From: Giardia intestinalis
Taxonomy: Eukaryota
Assembly (NCBI GenBank): GCA_000002435.2
Contig: CM018792.1
Direction: 5' to 3' (one strand)
DNA: 64,000 bases
Part shown: positions 37,927 to 45,937 of the stretch, in pieces
Layout: every line of letters begins with the position of its first letter
Position numbering within the stretch: position 1 is the first letter of the stretch
Program-made: the position numbers and the translations under genes
Notes under the pieces: generated by a model
Told to the model about the DNA's origin: nothing
The model's input: only the letters and a program-made list of their open reading frames with translations
Databases searched by the model: none

Positions 37927-39468
37927 AACAATATCGTCAATCTTCAAGAGCATACGCGTCGTCTCTGTCGCAAGAGTTATGGCGCTGATAGTCACTAGAG
38001 CAGGCTGTATTACATTTAGAGCGAACATCTCTGAGATCTCTCCGCCCCTATTAATATCTAATCCGTAGGTCGTTCCGCCTTTCTTATGGACGCGCCTCAG
38101 TTCCGTAAGGGTTGTGATTGGGGAGAGTCCGGCGTTTTCAGCCAGTGTAAGGGGAATTATTTCGAATGCATCTGCAAAGGCACGCATACAGTACTGACCC
38201 ACGCCTGTCTGGGAGTGGCTGCGCTCATATAAGCACCTAGCGATCTCGGTCTCGACAGCGGCACCACCAGGGATTATAAATCCTTTCTTAATGAGACAGC
38301 GGATTGCACAGAGGCCATCGTGCACGGAGCGCACGGCCTCATCGAGGATCAGTTTGTTTGCGCCTCTCACTATGATGGTACATGTCTTGACACTCTTTTC
38401 CTCGTCTTGATTCCTGGAGATATATGTAACTCCATCTACGACAGTCAGCTCACCCATTGAGCCCAGTTTATCCGAGGTAAACTCATCTATCGTAGCGACT
38501 GGCGTAGCTCCGGTAGTGGTGGCTATGAAGTCTATTTCTTCGCGTTCTATGTCATCGATGACGGTGATCTTCAGCTTCTTCAGAAAGTGAAGCGCCATGT
38601 CACTGACGGCCTCACGCATAATGGACTTCTGCAGAAGAAGCACGTTGCACCCAGAGCTTGCGATCTTCTTGCACATCTTAGCAGTCAGCTTACGCTCCTG
38701 CTCTAAAAGGCGATCTATTGCGTCGGAGTCATGAACAATAAGATTAGCCTCCATGTCTGTCTTGGGCGGGGACAGGCAGAACCTTGCGATACCTATCTTC
38801 ACCTTTTCACAGAACCCGGGCCCCTCTGTGGGACGCCTTGCAAATGCAAGACCAGTGGTTAATCTGCTTTCGTCCACGGTCCCTCCTAATCGTTTGATTA
38901 CGTGTATACGACTCAAGTCAACGTTGTCCGAATCTGACACGCGAAGCACAGAGTCGAGGATTAAGGGTGCAAGGTGGTCAGAATGGTGAGAAATGATCTT
39001 GCTTGATAGTGTTGTTTTGCAAATGTTGATCAGCTCCTCACGGTTCTTGAGATCAACGGGGCGGGCAATGGACATGACAACCTTCACAGCCTCGTCACAG
39101 GCCACCTGGTAGGCCTCCGATATTGCTGTCGGATGGATTCCAAGCTTGAAAAGGTCTAGACAGTTAGCAAGCAGCCTCCCAGCGAGAACGACCACAGTTG
39201 TCGTGCCATCTCCCGCTTCGATGTCTTGGCTCTGAGAAAGCTCTATGAGCATGCGTGCAGCCGGGTGACGAGCCTCCAACTGCTTCATAATTGTCGCACC
39301 GTCATTCGTGATAAGGACGTCTCCCTTCGGTGTTGTGACCATCTTATCGAGACCACGAGGCCCTAATGAGGTGCGTATGAGGTCAAAGATTCCCTTGGCT
39401 GCCTGGATATTGGATACGCGAACGTCTGCCTGCTTCTCATTGCCCTCATCCCTGACAAGCTGAGCCAT
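37915..39468 (-). CDS. CCT4: T-complex protein 1 (CCT/TRiC) subunit delta
   Basis: VRVSNIQAAKGIFDLIRTSLGPRGLDKM..ITNDGATIMKQ..HPAARMLIELSQSQDIEAGDGTT aligns to human CCT4 ([28 protein letters not shown]..). Conserved GCNVLLLQKSI..DIEREEIDF and C-terminal LATETTRMLLKIDDIV. Confidence 0.88.
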   Translation of the reverse strand: MAQLVRDEGNEKQADVRVSNIQAAKGIFDLIRTSLGPRGLDKMVTTPKGDVLITNDGATIMKQLEARHPAARMLIELSQSQDIEAGDGTTTVVVLAGRLLANCLDLFKLGIHPTAISEAYQVACDEAVKVVMSIARPVDLKNREELINICKTTLSSKIISHHSDHLAPLILDSVLRVSDSDNVDLSRIHVIKRLGGTVDESRLTTGLAFARRPTEGPGFCEKVKIGIARFCLSPPKTDMEANLIVHDSDAIDRLLEQERKLTAKMCKKIASSGCNVLLLQKSIMREAVSDMALHFLKKLKITVIDDIEREEIDFIATTTGATPVATIDEFTSDKLGSMGELTVVDGVTYISRNQDEEKSVKTCTIIVRGANKLILDEAVRSVHDGLCAIRCLIKKGFIIPGGAAVETEIARCLYERSHSQTGVGQYCMRAFADAFEIIPLTLAENAGLSPITTLTELRRVHKKGGTTYGLDINRGGEISEMFALNVIQPALVTISAITLATETTRMLLKIDDIVLGR

Positions 39469-39554
39469 TTTATTTTTTATATTTCATCATTTCATCAAAT
39501 CTTAGGAGGAGGAAGGAAGCGTGACCAGGAGTTTACATTATCCAAGATGAGAGT

Positions 39555-40016
39555 TCACGACGATATGTCGCTTGCAGTACTATTCGCCAATCGCCTTCTT
39601 TCATCGTGCAGGATTCTATTCTCGGTGTGTAAGCGCTTGTTCTCAGCCACGAGGGCCTCGTTTTCACCCTTTATATCGGCTATAAGCTGTTCGAGATCGT
39701 TAATTCTAGAGGTAAGCTCATCGTTCACAGAGGGGCTGGCTCGCGCAGCACATTCACGCATAAGGCGAATTGGGGTCTCACCCTTTGGTATATCTGCATG
39801 AACGAGATCATATATGGGGATATTCTCCGCCTTGGGCGAAAACGTTACGTGCTTCTTGGTGATTGATCCACGCAGGCCAGGAGATGTAGTCTTTGTTGGG
39901 AGTCTCTCTGGGGTGCTGTACATGATGGGATCTGCGTCAGGAATCGGCGACAAGTCACAATCATCCTGTCTCCTGATTCCCACAAACGAGAGGATCTTCC
40001 AAAGCGTAGATGACAT
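39555..40016 (-). CDS. Small (153 aa) protein with C-terminal coiled coil and a candidate PP1-docking RVxF motif (KKHVTF)
   Basis: ORF with an AT-rich 5' region. C-terminal heptad coiled coil (NDLEQLIADIKGENEALVAENKRLHTENRILHDERRRL). KKHVTFSP fits [RK]-x0-1-[VI]-x-[FW]. Function speculative. Confidence 0.4.
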   Translation of the reverse strand: MSSTLWKILSFVGIRRQDDCDLSPIPDADPIMYSTPERLPTKTTSPGLRGSITKKHVTFSPKAENIPIYDLVHADIPKGETPIRLMRECAARASPSVNDELTSRINDLEQLIADIKGENEALVAENKRLHTENRILHDERRRLANSTASDISS

Positions 40017-40128
40017 GGTTAAATTTTCAGCATTCGTATTTATTTTTTAAAGAAAATTGCAATGAAATTTTCATCAATTGGAGGCCAAACGAGGCAGTCG
40101 CCTGTCCTGTAGCGGCGAGACGGCCATC

Positions 40129-41295
40129 ATGAAAGTACGGCCCCTGATCCTGGTAATGGGAACCACGGCCTCGGGCAAAACACGCTTGGCTCTACAATTG
40201 GCACAGGCCTTGAATGGCGAGATTATCTGCGGAGATGCACTCCAGTTGTGGCAGGGGATCTCTATTTTATCGGCAGCTCCCACTCTAGCGGAGCAGACCG
40301 CAATCAAGCACCATCTTTTCGGATTGTATGCTCCATTTCAAGAGGAGGACGGCTCCAAGTTCGTTTACGAAATGAAAACGGTCAGGGACTGGTATGCCAA
40401 TGTGTGCAATGTTCTTCGCGAAATACACCCCCCTAGCATCCCTATCATGGTTGGGGGGACGCACTACTTTTTCCTGTTTTTCTTGTCACAGCCAGGCACA
40501 AAAGACCTCCTCTGCAGTATTGGCCTGCAGCCCATCCTACTGTTTTGTGACGCACATGCAGCCCTGACTAGCCACGTAGCTACTAGAGTGGTCTCCATGA
40601 TCAGACAGGGGCTGCTGAACGAGGTCTCGCTACTGTTGTCCAATCTAGAGCCGAACAGAGTCACTCGCATTGTTGATGGCTATGTGCGGGACGGAGTCTC
40701 AGATGGCATCCTGCAGGCAATAGGCCTACGTGAGTTTGTCTTAGCTGCGCAGCAAAGCGACGCATTCAGGGGCTTGGTCAAGAATGGGTCGCTATCGAAG
40801 CTAGACCCTTTGCTTGTATCCACTTGTGCCGATGCATTGTTTTGCTCTATACTCAAAGACACATCTGCTCGCGCTGATGGCATATTGCGCTTTGCCGACT
40901 TGCTGCAAATACCTATGGAGGCAGCGCTGCAACTAGGGACAGTTCTGCTGGAGGTGTTTGATAATACTGTCGCCTACGCCAAACAGCAAAGAAAATGGGC
41001 TCGCAAATTGGAGCGCCATGGTCTCTCGATTCTGCACATAGATACGTCTGACTGGAAGGAGGACAACATTATGCCTCTGATACTAGACGAGGTCGCTAAG
41101 GTCTCGTGCTATGCAAAGATAAACTACACGTTTTTACCACTAGGCCCGCAAATACTCTATTGCGACACTTGCAAGGTATCCATTACGGGAGAAAAGGTGT
41201 ATCAGGAGCATATCCGATCGCGTGCCCACAGACGCAGACTCAATAATGAAAGAAAAAAGTCGACCTGCGATGGCTCACATCCTTGGCCAGGCTAA
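40129..41295 (+). CDS. MOD5: tRNA dimethylallyl(isopentenyl)transferase, eukaryotic MOD5/TRIT1-type with C-terminal C2H2 zinc finger
   Basis: MKVRPLILVMGTTASGKTRLALQLAQALNGEIICGDALQLWQGISILSAAPT matches the IPT N-terminus (P-loop, DSMQ/Y-like motif). C-terminal matrin-type finger YCDTCKVSITGEKVYQEHIRSRAHRRR. The longest ORF starts at 40078. Confidence 0.8.
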   Translation: MKVRPLILVMGTTASGKTRLALQLAQALNGEIICGDALQLWQGISILSAAPTLAEQTAIKHHLFGLYAPFQEEDGSKFVYEMKTVRDWYANVCNVLREIHPPSIPIMVGGTHYFFLFFLSQPGTKDLLCSIGLQPILLFCDAHAALTSHVATRVVSMIRQGLLNEVSLLLSNLEPNRVTRIVDGYVRDGVSDGILQAIGLREFVLAAQQSDAFRGLVKNGSLSKLDPLLVSTCADALFCSILKDTSARADGILRFADLLQIPMEAALQLGTVLLEVFDNTVAYAKQQRKWARKLERHGLSILHIDTSDWKEDNIMPLILDEVAKVSCYAKINYTFLPLGPQILYCDTCKVSITGEKVYQEHIRSRAHRRRLNNERKKSTCDGSHPWPG

Positions 41296-43444
41296 ACAGT
41301 ATAAAGACTCCAAATGGACCACTTTGATCAAGCCGGCATCCATATACATTAATGCCCAGCTTGTATTTCCGGAGCTGCAGGTTTGCGAAGCTGACCCATC
41401 CTCTGGCTCTGAGCCCGTCATCCACCTTTACACAATGATGGATCTCACTGATTGCGGGTCTAACGAGACTTTTCAGAAGATATTCCTGACTTTTAAAGAA
41501 GAGGACAATGGTGCCGATGTTTATACTACCGTCGAGTGCAGTAAGCTACTTGCACGCGACGGGAGCGAAGCACCTGTAGATAAGAAGATCAACCTATTTA
41601 AGTCTATATTGGCGTCCGCAACGCACATCAAGGCAGACTTAACCAAGCCTTACGTTTCTTCTCTTCCTGCTCCATACGGGCTTCCGCAGTCTTACGATTT
41701 TGCTAAGGAGTATTCTGCCATCAGCGTCTTCCTTGGCCGGGATGAGGGTCGAAATCGTATCGGTGAATATGCTGTTCTAGCACTAGCATCAGGGTCGGCA
41801 CTGGAAGAGAAGGGGCTCAAATTTGGAACGGGCAGAGTGCCATCGGCGTACCTTTCAGCACACTGGCTCGTTGTTGATGTGGGGGAATCAGGAACAACGG
41901 CGATCCCAATACTGCCAGATCTAATCTTTGAAATACTAGCTGATGAGCGGCAGTTTTCGATAGCTTTACCATATACGGCACTCAGCCAGCAGGCCACTAA
42001 GGCAAAATTCCTTCCTCTAGCATTCGTCTTTTCTGAGGGGGCAGAATTTCAGGAGTTTTCTGAGAACTTTGCAAAGTACTTTTCACTTGCGGCCCGCAAG
42101 GAAGCCGGCTACAAGATAGATGCAAAAGACGCCCAAGACGACAACCAGTTTGTTTCGACGGCGTTCTGCCCACAACGGAAGCCGAGGAAGTCTTCGAAGA
42201 GTGTTCCAATCGTTGAGGCAAATAGTGATAGCGATGACTGCAGCGATGTTGAATCTATGGACGGCCAAGCGGGTGGCAACGGGATCATGAAGACCCCCTT
42301 AGAGAAAGTAGAGCCCGGGAAGATGGAGGCAGGCTACTTAGACCCTAAACTCTTAAACTATAAGGATCCAGCGCATAGCAGCGCACTTCTGAAGAACCAT
42401 CTGGTGGCACAGTTCTTGTTTCAAGGCTCAACGGCAGTGGTGTCTCGAGACGATGCCCTCGAGCTCTGCCATGTTCAGCCAAAGTTGCGCACCGAATCCC
42501 TCCAGCTCAGAGACAAGTTTGGGAGCATCCTTGCACCGGGGGCTCTGCGCTTTGGCACGAATGTCGAGTGTCTATTATCCACTAGCCTTTCGTGCCCGGA
42601 GGATCAGAGAGACATAATTTACAGAAAGGACTTCCAGCGGCCGGATGCGTTGCAGTACTACACGGCGACGGACACAGGCATAGACTATCATCCTGAAATT
42701 GTAGACTTCGACACAGGAAAGGCTGGAGCCAGTAGTGTTGGCGCATGCTCCATAGACCCGTCGAACGCCATCGTTGTCCTGACAAAGATGGGTGTGCATA
42801 TGCTTGACACGCGGATAGCAGGGAGCTCGCAGCGCTCTGGCGTGTCGTACTCGTACAAGTCCAGTGTACGCTTCTCCGCCATTTTGGTCACTCCGAAGGG
42901 CCATGTGGTCACAGGGTCCATGGCGGGGGAGATACGCATATTCAACAAAATGGGGCAGCGTGCTCTAACATGCTACCCGGGGATAGGTTACCCCATTACT
43001 CATCTGGCAATTACAGGGGATGAGAAGTGGTTGCTGGCGACTGCCCAGACCATTCTGCTAGTATACCCCACGACTACGGCTGACGGGGAGCACTCGTGCT
43101 TTTCGGGGCATGGAATCCCAGGCGACAAGCGACCAAAGCCGATTATCTTGCGTCTTTCTCCAGAGACTGCTCAGGAGATCGGCGCAACAACTGAGTCTGG
43201 CCTCAGGCCTGCGACCTTCTCCCTAGATGAGGCAGAGATAATCACCGGAACGGAGAAGTACCTAATAATCTGGAACTTCGACAAGGTGAAGGCCGGGGTT
43301 GTGAGCTCCAGCCGGGCGTGCACCAAGATCGCCCTCGGCAGCCAGCTGATCGGCGCCGGGATGGGGGTCCTGGGGCAGATAGCCGTTGGAACGGACAGCG
43401 ACTTCCGCATCGTCAAGCACGCCCGTCGAACCCGGAAAAGGTAA
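41222..43444 (+). CDS. Hypothetical protein, possibly VID27-family (C-terminal beta-propeller-like region)
   Basis: 740-aa ORF whose 5' end overlaps the MOD5 3' end in another frame. C-terminal GEIRIFNKMGQRALTCYPGIGYPITHLAITGDEKWLLATAQTILLVYP..ATFSLDEAEIITGTEKYLIIWNFDKVKAG resembles the conserved VID27 C-terminal region, recalled from memory. Confidence 0.45.
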   Translation: MPTDADSIMKEKSRPAMAHILGQAKQYKDSKWTTLIKPASIYINAQLVFPELQVCEADPSSGSEPVIHLYTMMDLTDCGSNETFQKIFLTFKEEDNGADVYTTVECSKLLARDGSEAPVDKKINLFKSILASATHIKADLTKPYVSSLPAPYGLPQSYDFAKEYSAISVFLGRDEGRNRIGEYAVLALASGSALEEKGLKFGTGRVPSAYLSAHWLVVDVGESGTTAIPILPDLIFEILADERQFSIALPYTALSQQATKAKFLPLAFVFSEGAEFQEFSENFAKYFSLAARKEAGYKIDAKDAQDDNQFVSTAFCPQRKPRKSSKSVPIVEANSDSDDCSDVESMDGQAGGNGIMKTPLEKVEPGKMEAGYLDPKLLNYKDPAHSSALLKNHLVAQFLFQGSTAVVSRDDALELCHVQPKLRTESLQLRDKFGSILAPGALRFGTNVECLLSTSLSCPEDQRDIIYRKDFQRPDALQYYTATDTGIDYHPEIVDFDTGKAGASSVGACSIDPSNAIVVLTKMGVHMLDTRIAGSSQRSGVSYSYKSSVRFSAILVTPKGHVVTGSMAGEIRIFNKMGQRALTCYPGIGYPITHLAITGDEKWLLATAQTILLVYPTTTADGEHSCFSGHGIPGDKRPKPIILRLSPETAQEIGATTESGLRPATFSLDEAEIITGTEKYLIIWNFDKVKAGVVSSSRACTKIALGSQLIGAGMGVLGQIAVGTDSDFRIVKHARRTRKR

Positions 43445-43460
43445 ATATTCACTTCAGCCC

Positions 43461-44810
43461 TCACACGCAGCCCTGCTCGATCATAGAGTCTGCGACCTTC
43501 AGGAACCCGGCGATGTTCGCGCCCATCTGGTAGTTCTTGGGGTGCCCATACTTCTTGGCAGTGTCGCGGCAGGCGACGAAGATGCCCCTCATGATGCCGC
43601 GGAGCTTCTGGTCGACCTCCTCAGCCGTCCACTGGAGCCTCACGGAATTCTGGGACATCTCGAGGCCGGAGACAGAGACACCGCCCGCGTTGCTGGCCTT
43701 GGCGGGTCCGTACATCACGCCCTTGGCGTGATAGACGTGAACAGCCTCTGCCGTGGAGGGCATGTTCGCACCCTCGGCCACGAACTTGAGGCCGAGGCCG
43801 ACCAGGCGCGTCGCATCGTCCCCGGAAACCTCGTTCTGAGTGGCGCAAGGCATGATGCAATCCACCTGGCCCTCGAAGCACTCCCAAGGCTTCTTGCCCT
43901 CGTAGTACGCGACGCTGGGATACTTGTCCTTGAACTCGGAAACACGCCCACGCTTCTCGTTCTTGAGGTACATGAGGTGGGCCAGCTTCTCCTCGTTGAA
44001 CCCGTCCTTGTCGACAATGGTCCCGTTGGAGTCTGAGAAGGTGAGGACCTTTGCGCCGAGCTGAATGAGCTTCTCGCAAGCAAACTGGGCAACGTTGCCG
44101 GAGCCAGAAAGAAGGACGTTCTTACCCCTGATCACAGTGTTGTTGTCCTTGCACATCTCCTCCAGGAAGTAGACAGCGCCATAGCCCGTGGCCTCCGGCC
44201 TGATGAAAGACCCGCCCCACTTGACGTTCTTGCCTGTGAGGACGCCTGTGAACTCGTTCCTCAGGCGCTTGTACTGTCCGTACAGGTACCCGATCTCGCG
44301 GGCGCCGACGCCGATGTCGCCGGCAGGAACGTCAGTGTCGGCGCCGACGTGCCTCTGGAGCTCGGTCATGAAGGACTGGCAGAAGCGCATGACCTCGTTG
44401 TCGGACTTGCCCTTTGGGTCAAAGTCGGAGCCGCCCTTGCCGCCGCCCATCGGGAGCGTGGTGAGGGAGTTCTTCAGGATCTGCTCGAAACCGAGGAACT
44501 TGAGAATCGAAAGATTGACAGAGGGGTGGAAGCGGAGGCCACCCTTGTAGGGGCCGAGAGCAGAGTTGTACTGGACACGGAAGCCGCGGTTGACGTTGAT
44601 GCGTCCAGCGTCATCCATCCAGGGCACGCGGAAGATGATGACGCGCTCCGGCTCAAGCATCCTCTCGAAGATTGGGATATACTTCGGCTCGCGCTCGAAG
44701 ATAACCTTGAGGGAGTCCACGACCTCCTCGACGGCCTGGCGGAACTCCGTCATGTGGCCATCCCTCTGCTTGATCACCGCGATGAGCTCCTCGATCGTCT
44801 GGGCAGGCAT
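43461..44810 (-). CDS. gdh: NADP-specific glutamate dehydrogenase
   Basis: 449-aa ORF with GDH hallmarks: K(G)GxRF, catalytic-Lys loop PMGGGKGGSDFDPKGKS, NAD(P) Rossmann GSGNVAQ. From memory the sequence matches Giardia intestinalis GDH (MPAQTIEELIAVIKQRDGHMTEF..). GC-rich, strongly biased codons. The motif ccccagattttaaaATG lies at the start, with CAAAT-like cacaaataacg near -40. Confidence 0.93.
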   Translation of the reverse strand: MPAQTIEELIAVIKQRDGHMTEFRQAVEEVVDSLKVIFEREPKYIPIFERMLEPERVIIFRVPWMDDAGRINVNRGFRVQYNSALGPYKGGLRFHPSVNLSILKFLGFEQILKNSLTTLPMGGGKGGSDFDPKGKSDNEVMRFCQSFMTELQRHVGADTDVPAGDIGVGAREIGYLYGQYKRLRNEFTGVLTGKNVKWGGSFIRPEATGYGAVYFLEEMCKDNNTVIRGKNVLLSGSGNVAQFACEKLIQLGAKVLTFSDSNGTIVDKDGFNEEKLAHLMYLKNEKRGRVSEFKDKYPSVAYYEGKKPWECFEGQVDCIMPCATQNEVSGDDATRLVGLGLKFVAEGANMPSTAEAVHVYHAKGVMYGPAKASNAGGVSVSGLEMSQNSVRLQWTAEEVDQKLRGIMRGIFVACRDTAKKYGHPKNYQMGANIAGFLKVADSMIEQGCV

Positions 44811-44880
44811 TTTAAAATCTGGGGCGCCTGTAATTAAAGGCGTTATTTGTGGTCAGCTTTTCAAGAACAGCCATCTCCCC
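44811..44880 (-). promoter_or_regulatory. gdh proximal promoter: AT-rich initiator abutting the ATG plus upstream CAAAT-like element
   Basis: Minus-strand reading: ..ctgaccacaaataacgcctttaattacaggcgccccagattttaaaATG. Giardia promoters are typically under 70 bp, with an AT-rich initiator at the transcription start. Confidence 0.5.
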
Positions 44881-44975
44881 CGAAGGTCCTCGGGAGCCCC
44901 CGGCTCTCTACGCGCACACTTGTTCCGTAACCCTCAGAATAAGTTTGACCGGTATACTTTTAGTTTGTGGACATT

Positions 44976-45878
44976 CTATAAGCGATAAGTAAAGGATGCA
45001 GACAGCGGAGACGAGAACGACGACGTGAAGCTTGTGTGTGGGTTGTTTCTGGAGCTCTTTTGCAGCGCCTTGAAGGCGATGTCCATCAGATGAACGGCTT
45101 CGAATGAAAGCACTATTACATCAACCAGTGTGATAGGAATCGGCAGAGAAGTGTAGATAGGGAATTTTGCCATCGTTCTTGCATCGAATGTTCCCAAAAT
45201 TCCCAATAAATAGAGTAGCAGAACCAGCGGAGGGCCAACCACTTTCCCAGTCGTTGCATCCACAGCCAAGATTGCCGAGACCAACGAAAGAACAACGATA
45301 GATGGGCCTTCATCGCCCGCGAGCGTGGCCGTCTCCTTGCGGATGGCTTTCGCGGAGATGAAGATGGCAGGAATGAGCAGTGTAACGAAATAGGCTGTTA
45401 CCGCATGACACACTTGCCGCAGCAGGCTCTTTCGCTTAATGCAATAGACTTCTACAATCCAAATTTGAGCCAGATTGCAACCAAAGATTAAAACAAGGAG
45501 ACTGTCCAGTAATATTGTAGCTTTGGCGAGAAAAAGCGCCGGCCACACAGTGACGAGAATGTGCTTCACCAGGTCGACTCCGTTGTAAATGACATTCCAC
45601 CGTAGCTTCATGTGCTCACCACGCAGCTGTAAGGCAGGCGCCAAGGCAGAGAGCGCAAGCACTGGGTACTCCAGGTACCAGTACCAATTACTTGGAGTCA
45701 CAAGCGTTGGATGGTCCCTGATTGCCCTTCTGCGGGCGTAGTCAAACGCTGCTGTGGAAAGCATCCCAGCAACAACCATTCCTAGAGATATAATCGGTAG
45801 GACATGGTTTGCGATGGACCGCCGTGGCTTCTCTATGATGAACTCCGGGGTGCTCATAATAACAGATGTCTCGTGCAT
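44976..45878 (-). CDS. Multipass integral membrane protein (about 6-7 predicted TM helices), unknown function
   Basis: 300-aa ORF with alternating long hydrophobic stretches (LPIISLGMVVAGML; VWPALFLAKATILLDSLLVLIFGC; VTAYFVTLLIPAIFI; IVVLSLVSAILAV; LVLLLYLLGILGTF; ITLVDVIVLSF). No enzyme signature recognised. Confidence 0.5.
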   Translation of the reverse strand: MHETSVIMSTPEFIIEKPRRSIANHVLPIISLGMVVAGMLSTAAFDYARRRAIRDHPTLVTPSNWYWYLEYPVLALSALAPALQLRGEHMKLRWNVIYNGVDLVKHILVTVWPALFLAKATILLDSLLVLIFGCNLAQIWIVEVYCIKRKSLLRQVCHAVTAYFVTLLIPAIFISAKAIRKETATLAGDEGPSIVVLSLVSAILAVDATTGKVVGPPLVLLLYLLGILGTFDARTMAKFPIYTSLPIPITLVDVIVLSFEAVHLMDIAFKALQKSSRNNPHTSFTSSFSSPLSASFTYRL

Positions 45879-45937
45879 TTTACATCTGCTGTACTGATAT
45901 TCGCAAGGATCATACGTTTACATTGCTAAGGATCGCA

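Noticed and set aside
43386-44837. Four long ORFs (43386..44036 +, 43621..44079 -, 43715..44092 -, 44349..44837 +) overlapping gdh in other frames or strands
   Set aside because: They fall entirely within the GC-rich, stop-codon-depleted gdh coding region and have Arg/Pro/Gly-rich low-complexity translations. They are artefacts of codon bias, not genes.
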